Shown piece by piece: positions 8,514 to 17,840 of a stretch of DNA of 64,000 bases (positions are counted from its first letter, which is position 1; every line of letters begins with the position of its first letter). The translations under genes were made by a program, and so were the position numbers. The DNA comes from Candidatus Poribacteria bacterium (GTDB taxonomy: Bacteria; Poribacteria; WGA-4E; PCPOR2b). The stretch lies in assembly GCA_965208325.1 (NCBI GenBank), contig OZ242326.1:1152001-1216000 (forward strand), in the 5' to 3' direction. A model generated the notes under the pieces. It was not told the origin of the DNA. It did not search any database and saw nothing but the letters and a program-made list of their open reading frames with translations.

Positions 8514-11500
8514 ATGGAATCACGTTTTAAACGGCTCATTATTCTCGCCGCGGTATTGGCGGTCATCGCCGGCATTATCGCAATTTTCGTCAATATTTAC
8601 CCCAACGTACTTTGGTTTGATATGGTGGGCTACGTTTCAGTATTCACGGAAATTCTATTGACGAAAGTTGCATTGGGTGCTGCCGTCGGGGGGCTTTTTC
8701 TGGTCATCCTTCTCGTCAACCTCTATCTGATTTGGCGTTTCACTCCCTCCCGACTAAGCCCTACCCTTCTTGAATCAATCCCAATCAGCGGCGAATTCGA
8801 TTTCGATCTGCGCAAAATGATTTACGTAGTGCTGGCGCTTCTCGCCATTGCGTTTAGCGCCCTTATGGGATATACAGCGGCAGATCGATGGGAAATCGCT
8901 CTGCGCTATTTCAAAGCGGACGACCTCGCCTTTCAATCGGCCAGCCGCCTATCCGAAACTGTTGAAAGCGGCAACACAGATGTTTTAATTTCTCAGTTGG
9001 ATGTCGAAGCTAAAGGCTTAAAGGTAGGAGATAAAGTTGTTATTGAGCAGGAAAATCAAAGCCACCAGGCAAATGTCAATTCCATTAGCAGTGCTGGCAA
9101 CGGTAGAACCAAAATTACATTGAGCCGTCCTCTCGAGTTCACCACGACGGAAAAAGCCGTGTTAACCGCGGCTACCCGCGATCCAATATTCGATAAAAAC
9201 GTCAGTTATTACGTTTTCAGAATGCCGTTTGAACGCTTTATTTGCGGCAATTTAGTTGGATTGTTTCTGTTAATGACAATCTTTTCCGCGGTGCTCTACT
9301 TTTTTCACGGCTCTTTAATTGGCGATAATAACCGCTTCGATCCGCCGCGGCGCGTAAAGACACATCTCTTTTTGTTAGTCGGTATTACACTGCTGACTCG
9401 CGCTTGGAATTACCGCTTTACAATGTTTGACCTGCTGTACGCTACGAACGATGTTGTCCGCGGCGGCGGCGGATATGCAGCCATCCAAGCGCGGTTGCTT
9501 GTGCTGAAAATTTTGCTGGCGATTTCAATCATCTGTGCCGTAGTGTTTCTAATCAGCATCTTCTTGCGGCGAATCTCACCCGCTGTCGGTGGTGTTGTAA
9601 TCCTATTGATTGTTGGCTTCTTTGGCCAGGTCTATCCTAGCCTCATTCAAAGGCTAAAGGTCGAACCCAATAAGCAGGAGCTTGAATCCAAATACATTAA
9701 CTTTAACATAAAGGCAACTTTATTCGCTTATGATTTGGAAGATAACACCGTGACGGAAGAAGAATACCCCTTGACAGGCGAGTTATCCTACGAGCAGATT
9801 ACGAATGAGGAAAATTCCGCAGTCGTAAACAGCGTGCGGCTTTGGGATTGGCGTCCGCTCAGGCGTACATTTCGTCAATTACAAGAACTGCGGCGTCAGT
9901 ATGATTTTGCCGACGTAGATATTGACCGCTACCCAATGGAAGACGGCGAAGCGCGACAAGTGATGCTCTCAACTCGTGAGTTGGATTTGAACGAACTTCG
10001 AAATGAAGATTGGTATAAGCGGACCTACGTCTATACTCACGGTTATGGCGCCGTGATGAGCCCCGTTAATGAGATTGATGACGGAAAACCCAAAATGTAT
10101 ATTGAGGACATCCCCGTCAATTATGCAGCCGAATGGACGGATAATCGGTTTAATGCCGAGCCAGGACCGCGTATATACTACGGAGAACTCACACCGCATT
10201 ACGCAATCGTCCACCCAGGGCGTCATGACAAACTGGAGTTTGATTACCCTGAACAAGGGCAGGGCTATGCCAAATATTCGTACACGGGACAGGGCGGGGT
10301 TCAACTCGCATCATTCATGCGCAGGTTCGTTTACATGCTGAAATTTAACAATGAGCTGAAATTCATCCTACCAGGAGAAATTACATCTACTAGTCGGGTG
10401 CTCTACCATCGAAATATACAAGAGCGTGTTCAAAAAATCGCACCGTTCTTACGATTCGATAAAGACCCCTATGCGGTTATTCACAACGGCAGGCTTATCT
10501 GGATGATCGACGCATACACGACAACGAGACGTTATCCGTATTCCGCCCCCATGCCGGATGTGGTGCGGGCAACTATTGCGGAACGGCAGGGAAGACGCGC
10601 GGCAAGCCGAATCGTCGGCGGCGAACAACCGTGGGATGGAAACTATATTCGAAACGCTGTAAAAGTGACTGTGGACGCCTACGATGGCACCGTGAATTTC
10701 TATTTGATGAAGCGCGAAAACGACCCCATTGTAGAGTGCTACAACCGTATTTTCCCCGATCTCTTCAAACCATTTGACGACATGCCTGAAGATCTCAAAA
10801 GCCACATCCGTTATCCAACCACGATGTTCCTTATTCAGGCTCGGATGTATCAGGATTATCACATGAAAGACCCAACGACCTTCTATGCACAAGAAGACCC
10901 CTGGGAAATCGGTAAAGAGGTTTACGACACGACTGAGCGCCCACGTAATCAGCCTGTGGCGCCGCCTAGCCCATTCCCAACCCAACAAGTGAGCCCACAG
11001 CCGCTCTTGACAAATGAGCAAGAAGTCGCACCCTATTACGTTGTAATAAAACTGCCGGGCGAAGAACAGGCGGAATTCATGCTCATGCTTCCTTTCACGC
11101 CGAAGAGCAAGTTAAATCTCACGGCTTGGCTAGCTGCAAGATGCGATTTGCCGCAATACGGCCAACTGCTAGTTTATCGCTTTCCAAAAGGAAAACTTGC
11201 CCCTGGACCAATGCAGGTCGAAAATTTTATCACCCAAAAACCTGAAATTTCCGAACAGATTAGCTTATGGAATAGGGAAGGATCGCGCGTGCTGCGTGGA
11301 AATTTGTTAATTATCCCCATGCACAACGCCCTCTTGTACGTAGAGCCAATCTACATTCAATCGGAGAATGAGGAATCGGCAATTCCTGAACTCCGTCGTG
11401 TCGTCATCGGCTATAAAGAAAACGTCGTCTGGGGCGCGAGTTTTGACGAAGCCTTGGTCAAGATGTTTGGGAGAGCGGTCGCGTCGAGTTCGCCGCCGTC

Positions 11501-11714
11501 AGGGCAACCGGAATCTGGCGTACAGAAAAAAGACCTACAAAACGTATCTGGCCGCGCCACAACGCAAACCTTAATTTCAAAGTTGGCGAGAGATGCAAAC
11601 CAAATCTATCAACAAGCGGTAGACGCGAGACGGACGGGAAATTGGGCTGAATACGGGCGTTTACAAAATCTGCTGGAACAAACATTGAAGCAGTTGGAAC
11701 AAAATGCTAATTAA
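8514..11714 (+). CDS. UPF0182 family integral membrane protein
   Basis: VLWF, DPIF..YYVF, PNKQELE, VRLWDWRPL, DVDIDRY, YTHGYG, PRIYYGE, NYIRNAVK, HIRYP, LLYVEPIY and PELRRV motifs. Confidence 0.92.
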   Translation: MESRFKRLIILAAVLAVIAGIIAIFVNIYPNVLWFDMVGYVSVFTEILLTKVALGAAVGGLFLVILLVNLYLIWRFTPSRLSPTLLESIPISGEFDFDLRKMIYVVLALLAIAFSALMGYTAADRWEIALRYFKADDLAFQSASRLSETVESGNTDVLISQLDVEAKGLKVGDKVVIEQENQSHQANVNSISSAGNGRTKITLSRPLEFTTTEKAVLTAATRDPIFDKNVSYYVFRMPFERFICGNLVGLFLLMTIFSAVLYFFHGSLIGDNNRFDPPRRVKTHLFLLVGITLLTRAWNYRFTMFDLLYATNDVVRGGGGYAAIQARLLVLKILLAISIICAVVFLISIFLRRISPAVGGVVILLIVGFFGQVYPSLIQRLKVEPNKQELESKYINFNIKATLFAYDLEDNTVTEEEYPLTGELSYEQITNEENSAVVNSVRLWDWRPLRRTFRQLQELRRQYDFADVDIDRYPMEDGEARQVMLSTRELDLNELRNEDWYKRTYVYTHGYGAVMSPVNEIDDGKPKMYIEDIPVNYAAEWTDNRFNAEPGPRIYYGELTPHYAIVHPGRHDKLEFDYPEQGQGYAKYSYTGQGGVQLASFMRRFVYMLKFNNELKFILPGEITSTSRVLYHRNIQERVQKIAPFLRFDKDPYAVIHNGRLIWMIDAYTTTRRYPYSAPMPDVVRATIAERQGRRAASRIVGGEQPWDGNYIRNAVKVTVDAYDGTVNFYLMKRENDPIVECYNRIFPDLFKPFDDMPEDLKSHIRYPTTMFLIQARMYQDYHMKDPTTFYAQEDPWEIGKEVYDTTERPRNQPVAPPSPFPTQQVSPQPLLTNEQEVAPYYVVIKLPGEEQAEFMLMLPFTPKSKLNLTAWLAARCDLPQYGQLLVYRFPKGKLAPGPMQVENFITQKPEISEQISLWNREGSRVLRGNLLIIPMHNALLYVEPIYIQSENEESAIPELRRVVIGYKENVVWGASFDEALVKMFGRAVASSSPPSGQPESGVQKKDLQNVSGRATTQTLISKLARDANQIYQQAVDARRTGNWAEYGRLQNLLEQTLKQLEQNAN

Positions 11715-11744
11715 CCACTAACACCAAACATGGAGGTGACTCAA

Positions 11745-11999
11745 ATGGGACTCGACTGGAAACCGCGTCATCGGGATTTAGTCATTGGCGGCATTCCTTG
11801 GCTTGCCCGTATCACGGATAAAGCGCGCGCCAAATTGAACGGGACTATCGGCGACTACATTTACCCGTGACCAATGGATCAATCAGTATTCCTGGAGGAA
11901 TACAAGCTCACAGGCGACGAGTTTATTGAAATTGTAAAAAATAATCCGTCAGACGATGACATGATTGCTGCGATTCGGTCGCTGGCGAAAGAACAATAA
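11745..11999 (+). CDS. DUF5069-like small protein with in-frame UGA (predicted selenoprotein, 84 aa); absent from the ORF track
   Basis: RBS GGAGG at 11732-11736, ATG at 11745. Translation: MGLDWKPRHRDLVIGGIPWLARITDKARAKLNGTIGDYIYP-U(TGA 11868-11870)-PMDQSVFLEEYKLTGDEFIEIVKNNPSDDDMIAAIRSLAKEQ-TAA. It fills the whole gap between the UPF0182 gene and pheA. Confidence 0.82.
11886..11903 (+). promoter_or_regulatory. Putative bacterial SECIS element
   Basis: Perfect hairpin GTATTCC-TGGA-GGAATAC. The apical loop starts 22 nt after the in-frame UGA and has G in its first two positions. Confidence 0.72.
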
Positions 12000-12050
12000 T
12001 TCGAATTGCTATCGTAACAAGTGCATTACTCATGTTGGAGATGTCTATAA

Positions 12051-13115
12051 TTGAATCTGGCAGACTACCGAAATCAGATTGATCAACTTGACGATCAAAT
12101 CTTGGATCTCTTGCTTCAACGCGCGCGAATTGCCAAAAAGGTCGGAGACTTCAAAGAAAGCGCAAACACGGGGACTGTGTATGCGCCGCACCGTGAAAAG
12201 GAGATTCTGACTCGGTTGAAGGCGCGCAACAGGGATGGATTTCCACCCATTGCCCTCGAGAAAATTTACAAAGAGATTATTTCGGCTTGCCGATTTTTAG
12301 AAAAGCCATTGCGCATTGCATACCTCGGCCCCGTTGGTAGTTTTGGGCATGCCGCCAGCCTGCGCCATTTTGGCGGCTCGGCAAATTTCATTCCACAATC
12401 GCCTCAAACCGATATCTTCGTAGAGGTCGAAGCTAGCAGGGCCGATTACGGCGTGGTTGCAATCGAAAATTCCACATACGGTAGTGTGCGCGACGTTCTG
12501 GAAATGTTCCAGCACTCGCAGTTGCAAATTTGCGCCGAAATCTTCCTGCCAATCGATCACAACCTGCTCGCAAATTTTCCACTGAACGAAGTCGTTAAAG
12601 TTTACTCACATCCGCAACCCTTTGCGCAATGCAGAAAATGGCTTCATCAAAACTTGGAAGGTGTTCAACAAATTGAAGTCGCAAGCACGTCTGAGGCTGC
12701 GAGAATAGCCGCCGACGAACACGGTGCCGCGGCAATCGCTAGCAAGCTGGCAGCGGAAATCTATAATGTGCCTATATCCAACGCGTCAATAATGGACGAC
12801 CCAAGCAACACGACCCGCTTCCTTGTTATTGGATGGCACGCCGCGGAAAGAAGCGGAAACGACCGGACATCAATCCTTTTCGCAATTAAAGACAAAGTCG
12901 GTGCGCTCTATGAAGTCCTCAGAGTCTTGGAGCGCAACGGTATCAATATGAGCCGGATTGAATCCTTGCCTGCTCGAACAAAAGCTTGGGAATACGTATT
13001 CTTTGTGGATTTTGATGGACATGCCGAAGATGAAAACGTCCGAACCGCTTTAGACGAGATTGAAGAGCTATGCGTGCTCGTAAAAATCCTCGGGGTTTAT
13101 CCGTGTGCTTCATAG
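12051..13115 (+). CDS. pheA: Chorismate mutase / prephenate dehydratase (P-protein)
   Basis: N-terminal AroQ domain (RNQIDQLD), IAYLGP, IENSTYG, YSHPQ, NTTRF, and ACT domain SRIESLP...WEYVFFVD. Confidence 0.95.
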   Translation: MNLADYRNQIDQLDDQILDLLLQRARIAKKVGDFKESANTGTVYAPHREKEILTRLKARNRDGFPPIALEKIYKEIISACRFLEKPLRIAYLGPVGSFGHAASLRHFGGSANFIPQSPQTDIFVEVEASRADYGVVAIENSTYGSVRDVLEMFQHSQLQICAEIFLPIDHNLLANFPLNEVVKVYSHPQPFAQCRKWLHQNLEGVQQIEVASTSEAARIAADEHGAAAIASKLAAEIYNVPISNASIMDDPSNTTRFLVIGWHAAERSGNDRTSILFAIKDKVGALYEVLRVLERNGINMSRIESLPARTKAWEYVFFVDFDGHAEDENVRTALDEIEELCVLVKILGVYPCAS

Positions 13116-13124
13116 GTTGCTAGG

Positions 13125-14189
13125 TCAATTATACCATATGACAACCGAAATCAGGTTCACAAAACTATGCGTAATGATAGCGGGAAAAATTGACTTCGTC
13201 CTAACAGACAGCGCGGCGTAGGCGAGCCCCATAACAAATGTTGGAATGAATCGGATTACGGACCCATGAAGAAGAGCAAACAAAAGAGAACTCAACAAAA
13301 GCCCCTTCTGATTCCCGAATCGATCGGAAAAGGCGCTGTACATTATCCCTCGGAATAAAATTTCCTCGCCGACCGGCGTCAGAACAAGTAAAACAAAACC
13401 CATGAGCACCACAGAGGCATCACGAAGATGTTCTGGCATCCCGGTCGCTTGGCGCTCTTCTTCCATCTTGATTAGAGATTCTACCGCACTGGACGATATT
13501 ATGCCGTTTACTCCAACTATCACCTGCATCCCGGCTTCTGAGATCAACACCAAAACCGGAGCAAGTAGAAAAGGCAAACCAATTATCCTAAAATCGCCGC
13601 TGAATCTCAGCCCAACGGCGGCAAGCGGCCTTCGATAACGCACGGTCACACAGTGGAGGCACAACCAAATCAGGGCATTTCGTACAATCATCTCAATAAT
13701 CCAAAAGTGAGAAGGTGGAAGCGTCGATATATATGAAGCGATGTCTTGTGGCTCCAATAACTTCTCCGCGCCCGCCGAAAACCCAATCGCCGCAAACAAG
13801 GCAAAATTGTGAACCAATAGCGCGGCCAAGATGATAACAATTGCGTCTGATGGCTCAAAATACCCGTGTAATTTCGATATTGTTTCCTCTATGGTGTAAG
13901 ATCGATTGCAGTATCTACATTGGCGCGAGGTGGCGCGGTTGTTTCGATGACAATCGCGGCATGTCCAAATAAGTTCGGGTGCTCGATTCCAAAAATATAG
14001 TGGGAAGAATGCCTCCGGGACGAAAAGGACGCCTAAAATCCACAGCATCGATCGCTCGCGAAGCTTGATATCGCGGTACGTCCAAAGCGCCAAACCGACA
14101 TGAATTAACAGCCGAACCAATAGCCCGATTATCTCCAACAAATTACGCACTCCCGCCAGTAATAAACCGTCGCGCATAGTAACACGCAC
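13125..14189 (-). CDS. CPBP (CAAX/Abi) intramembrane glutamic endopeptidase with N-terminal TM hairpin and zinc ribbon
   Basis: GEEILFRG, FALLH and HSFVN motifs; CRDC...CRYC zinc ribbon. Confidence 0.85.
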   Translation of the reverse strand: MRVTMRDGLLLAGVRNLLEIIGLLVRLLIHVGLALWTYRDIKLRERSMLWILGVLFVPEAFFPLYFWNRAPELIWTCRDCHRNNRATSRQCRYCNRSYTIEETISKLHGYFEPSDAIVIILAALLVHNFALFAAIGFSAGAEKLLEPQDIASYISTLPPSHFWIIEMIVRNALIWLCLHCVTVRYRRPLAAVGLRFSGDFRIIGLPFLLAPVLVLISEAGMQVIVGVNGIISSSAVESLIKMEEERQATGMPEHLRDASVVLMGFVLLVLTPVGEEILFRGIMYSAFSDRFGNQKGLLLSSLLFALLHGSVIRFIPTFVMGLAYAALSVRTKSIFPAIITHSFVNLISVVIWYN

Positions 14190-14376
14190 ATGTCGTTATT
14201 GTCAACTGCCTTCACCTTTCCAATCGCCCAGTTTCTACGTAACTATCTACGTTGTACCTGCACAAATCGTCGTCGTATGACGCATACCGATTCAGTTTCT
14301 GGCACGAGTCGTCAATCAGCAGTACGGTCCGCACTTGAACTGTCCGAGGCATTAATAGATAGGGCAAAAAAAGGGT

Positions 14377-15501
14377 ATGAGCCTAACAGCGCAAATTAAA
14401 GATTTCTCGCAGAAACTTGGATTCAATCTTATTGGTATTGTCCCGGCTGAACCCAGCCAAACAATCGATCGCTACGAGAGATGGTTGGAGTGCGGCTATG
14501 GCGGGGAAATGCGTTACCTCGAAAAACATTCGCCGTTGAAACAGAATGTTCGGAATCTACTACCGGAAGCCAAATCAATCATAACGTTAGGATTCAATTA
14601 CTATACAATCGATCCGCCCGATTCGCTCGCCCGCGATTCATCCCGGGGGCAAATTTCCCGATATGCATGGGGAACGGATTACCACGATATTATTCAAAAG
14701 AAACTTCGTCGGGTAGCGCAGTTCATTAAAGCGGCTGCACAGGAACAGATTAAAAGCAGAGTCTTTGTCGATTCGGGCCCAATTCTTGAGCGCGAATACG
14801 CGCAAAAGGCGGGAATCGGTTGGATTGGCAAAAACACTAACTTGATTAACTGGCAATCGGGATCGTGGTATTTTCTTGCAGAACTGCTCGTCAGCGTCGC
14901 ATTGGACTATGATTACCTGCCGCCGCGCGGCGATTGCGGTACATGCACACTCTGTATCGACGCATGTCCAACGGACGCCATTATTTCGCCAAATCTCCTC
15001 GATTCGCGGCTATGCATCTCATACCTCACCATTGAATTAAAAGGCAGCATCCCTCAAAATCTGCGTCCGCAAATGGGGAACCTAATCTTCGGCTGCGACA
15101 TCTGCCAAGAAGTTTGCCCGTGGAACAGCAAAGCAAAACCTACACGGGAACGCGGCTTTTACCCGCGGAAGGGCAACCTTGCCCCCAAACTGATTTCGCT
15201 TATCAACATGACCCAAGAGGAGTTTAGCAAACGCTTTAAGAACAGCCCAATTAAGCGAGCTAAGCGGAAGGGGTTTTTGCGGAATGTCGCTGTCGCGCTA
15301 GGGAATTGGAAGAGTCGCGCGGCAGTGCCTGCACTCAAAATCGCACTGAACGACGATGAACCGTTGGTGCGTGTACATGCCGCTTGGGCGCTCGGGCAAA
15401 TCAACGTTAAATCCGCCAAAACGGCATTACGGGAACGGCTAAAAGTGGAATCAAAAACTGAAGTCATCGACGAAATCAACGACGCCCTGTGCGTAAGTTG
15501 A
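14377..15501 (+). CDS. queG: tRNA epoxyqueuosine(34) reductase QueG
   Basis: ISRYAWGTDYH, VDSGPILER, AGIGWIGKN, CGTCTLCIDACP, GCDICQEVCPWN and a HEAT-repeat tail. Confidence 0.95.
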   Translation: MSLTAQIKDFSQKLGFNLIGIVPAEPSQTIDRYERWLECGYGGEMRYLEKHSPLKQNVRNLLPEAKSIITLGFNYYTIDPPDSLARDSSRGQISRYAWGTDYHDIIQKKLRRVAQFIKAAAQEQIKSRVFVDSGPILEREYAQKAGIGWIGKNTNLINWQSGSWYFLAELLVSVALDYDYLPPRGDCGTCTLCIDACPTDAIISPNLLDSRLCISYLTIELKGSIPQNLRPQMGNLIFGCDICQEVCPWNSKAKPTRERGFYPRKGNLAPKLISLINMTQEEFSKRFKNSPIKRAKRKGFLRNVAVALGNWKSRAAVPALKIALNDDEPLVRVHAAWALGQINVKSAKTALRERLKVESKTEVIDEINDALCVS

Positions 15502-15517
15502 CCACCCAAGCCAATAC

Positions 15518-15566
15518 AAAAAACCGCAGGGAGCAGCAATATACGCACTCGTTCTCCCTGCGGTTT
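15518..15566. terminator. Intrinsic terminator between convergent queG and the tRNA operon
   Basis: 13-bp perfect stem AAACCGCAGGGAG / CTCCCTGCGGTTT with an A-run on the left, which reads as a U-tract on the minus strand. Confidence 0.7.
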
Positions 15567-15599
15567 AGAAGGATTATCCCACTCAACAGTCGTGTGTGA

Positions 15600-15671
15600 T
15601 GCCGGTGCGGAGAGTTGAACTCCGGACAACACGATTATGAGTCGTGTGCTCTACCACTGAGCTACACCGGC
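15600..15671 (-). tRNA. tRNA with CAT anticodon, non-initiator (probably Ile2/lysidine, otherwise elongator Met)
   Basis: GCCGGTGTAGCTCAGTGGTAGAGCACACGACTCATAATCGTGTTGTCCGGAGTTCAACTCTCCGCACCGGCA. G1-C72 is paired and C29-G41 is present as in Ile tRNAs. Confidence 0.92.
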
Positions 15672-15677
15672 GGCGTG

Positions 15678-15713
15678 AAAAAAGGGAAACGCGCACATGG
15701 AGCGCATTTCCCT
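15678..15713 (-). terminator. Terminator-like hairpin inside the tRNA operon
   Basis: Minus-strand RNA AGGGAAAUGCGC-UCCAUGU-GCGCGUUUCCCU-UUUUU. It is fully paired (one G-U) only on the minus strand. Confidence 0.55.
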
Positions 15714-15719
15714 CAAAAA

Positions 15720-15794
<75 letters not shown>

Positions 15795-15816
15795 CAAGTT
15801 TCGCGAAGGTCACAGA

Positions 15817-15901
15817 TGGGCGAGGAGGGATTCGAACCCTCACACCCGGTTATGGGCGATGGATTTTAAGTCCATTGTGTCTGCCATTCCACCACTCGCC
15901 C
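15817..15901 (-). tRNA. tRNA-Leu (TAA)
   Basis: GGGCGAGTGGTGGAATGGCAGACACAATGGACTTAAAATCCAT, then a long variable arm, then GGGTTCGAATCCCTCCTCGCCCA. Confidence 0.93.
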
Positions 15902-15950
15902 GCTGGCGCAAGGGCGCATAAACGCTGCTCCCCCGATGCTGCCATGCTAT

Positions 15951-15980
15951 ATTGTAATCTAATGCCATCTGATTTGTCAA
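15951..15980 (-). promoter_or_regulatory. Sigma70 promoter of the tRNA operon
   Basis: Minus strand TTGACA, 18-nt spacer, TACAAT, upstream of tRNA-Leu. Confidence 0.65.
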
Positions 15981-16216
15981 GCCTTAATTCGTTTGAGTCC
16001 GTCGGTCGTTTCGATATCGTGAAAACGGCAAACTATGACAAGAGAATCCATTTATCATTCCCGCTCTCGCCAGTTGACAATCCCTCCAGGCCAACCGTCT
16101 AGCTTGTGCGTTAACTCCCGTCGAAATCTGCGCTCCAACTCGCCTCCGCAAAATTCAGATGGAAATTACTGCAAATAAATGAAAGTGCACCCAAATGCAA
16201 TTCAGAATAAGTACCG

Positions 16217-17041
16217 TCATGAACCCGTGCTGTAATAGTTCCGCATTCCGATGCGCCAGAGTGCATAACAACAAAGCAACAGCGCGACCGCGGCAACCGG
16301 AGCACCGAATTGAAAGTATGCAGGCATGCCCAAGAATTGGTCTTTGCCCAGTAAATGCATGGCGGGATAATATGTCACAAATGCCACGGGCAGGATAAAC
16401 GTCAATAGCAATCGCACGGCGAGAGGATAGATCGAGATGGGAAACGCGGCAGCCTCTTTACTTGCGGTGATGAGGATATCGGTGATTTTACCGGATTTTC
16501 CGGTCAGCAGTGCAACGGTTGCGCTGAGAAGCATGAATGCAAACATGATTAAGCTCCCGCTTACAACGGTGATGATTGTGAATAACCCGCGTCCGATGGT
16601 TAAGCGAATCTGCGACATGTGAAAAGCGGCACCGAAAATTACAATACTCGTCAACATCCGTGACGCATGATGGATTTCCACCCGGCTAGCTAGGACGTAA
16701 AATAAGGGTGGCACCGGTTTAATCAGTACAGCGTCGAGGTCGCCGCGAACCACATACCGGTCGAAATCGTCCAATTGATTCCCCACTATTTTCATCAAAG
16801 CGAACGCTAACGACCCTAAGCTGTATAGAAACATGATATCGGGCAAAGCCCATCCGTTTACCGAGCGAAACTTGGTGAATAAAACGCCGAGTAAGCCTAT
16901 CAGACACGCTTCCCCGGCAACGACCGCTGCGCACATGAAACCGAAAGACAGCCTGTATTGAAGTCGAGACCGCACATATGCACCGGCGAGAAGCAGATAA
17001 AGTTTGCTGTAACGCACTATCGGGTTGCTCATTTTATCCAC
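16217..17041 (-). CDS. ABC-2 family transporter permease (DUF990 / ABC2_membrane_6-like)
   Basis: Six TM segments; GDLDAVLIKP, FPISIYP and PVAFVTYYP motifs; ends YYSTGS. Confidence 0.85.
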   Translation of the reverse strand: MDKMSNPIVRYSKLYLLLAGAYVRSRLQYRLSFGFMCAAVVAGEACLIGLLGVLFTKFRSVNGWALPDIMFLYSLGSLAFALMKIVGNQLDDFDRYVVRGDLDAVLIKPVPPLFYVLASRVEIHHASRMLTSIVIFGAAFHMSQIRLTIGRGLFTIITVVSGSLIMFAFMLLSATVALLTGKSGKITDILITASKEAAAFPISIYPLAVRLLLTFILPVAFVTYYPAMHLLGKDQFLGMPAYFQFGAPVAAVALLLCCYALWRIGMRNYYSTGS

Positions 17042-17831
17042 CTTGAATCGCCAATTTTCGCAAGGCAGCTAAGTAGGCAAATCGTCCAAGCCCCATTAAC
17101 GCTACTGCCCAAAACAGTTGAATCAGGAGCACACCAACCATAGCACTTCCTGTAATGCTGCCAACATAGATTGCCGTCGGAGAATAAATTATCGCTTGGA
17201 AGGGCAAATACTCAGCCATTTTGGCTAGAAAGGCGGGATAATGCTCCAAAGGCAAAAAGTAGCCCGAAAAAAACCAAGAAATGCCCCATATCACGGCAAA
17301 ATAGATACCGCGTATTTCAACTACCCAGAACGCAAGAATCCCAATGAGAAATTCAATGTTGAACAAGATGACGAACCCCAACATTACACTGATTATAAAC
17401 ACCCCCACGGTCAGAATAGAGCCGGGCAGCAACAAACGCAAACCGACATGAAATAGCAGGAGTTTTGGAAGCATGTTGAATAGCACTGTGTGGAATGTCG
17501 TTCCCACCCCTGTTGCAAGCAGCATTAACTGAAAGTCAACCGGCTTCATCAAATCGGTTACGACTTCGCCGGTACGTACCTTTTCCTCAATGACACGTGC
17601 AATCCGTAACGTAAAGTGAAAGGACAACAGCGTTTGCGAAACAACGATGTACGTCAGAATACGGGTAAGGTCGTACCCTTCTACGGCGGACCTCCCGTTG
17701 TAGAGTGCCTTCCAAAGATACACATATATCAGCATGAACAATACATTGATAAATAACTCAACCCACAGCTCAAATCGGTAGGTCAGCGTTCTCTGAAAGG
17801 CGTTTGCAGCAAAAGCGAGGTATTTTCGCAC
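17034..17831 (-). CDS. ABC-2 family transporter permease (DUF990-like)
   Basis: GEVVTDLMKP, FSGYFLPL and LPFQAIIYSP motifs; ends IQGG. Confidence 0.85.
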   Translation of the reverse strand: MRKYLAFAANAFQRTLTYRFELWVELFINVLFMLIYVYLWKALYNGRSAVEGYDLTRILTYIVVSQTLLSFHFTLRIARVIEEKVRTGEVVTDLMKPVDFQLMLLATGVGTTFHTVLFNMLPKLLLFHVGLRLLLPGSILTVGVFIISVMLGFVILFNIEFLIGILAFWVVEIRGIYFAVIWGISWFFSGYFLPLEHYPAFLAKMAEYLPFQAIIYSPTAIYVGSITGSAMVGVLLIQLFWAVALMGLGRFAYLAALRKLAIQGG

Positions 17832-17840
17832 GATTGGCCC

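Noticed and set aside
11868..11870. Genome-wide UGA reassignment (code 4 or 25) as the explanation of the in-frame TGA
   Set aside because: Many conserved genes here end at TGA at their expected C-termini (e.g. GT2 2515, cysS 34745, accA 38303), and I saw no other intact gene interrupted by TGA.
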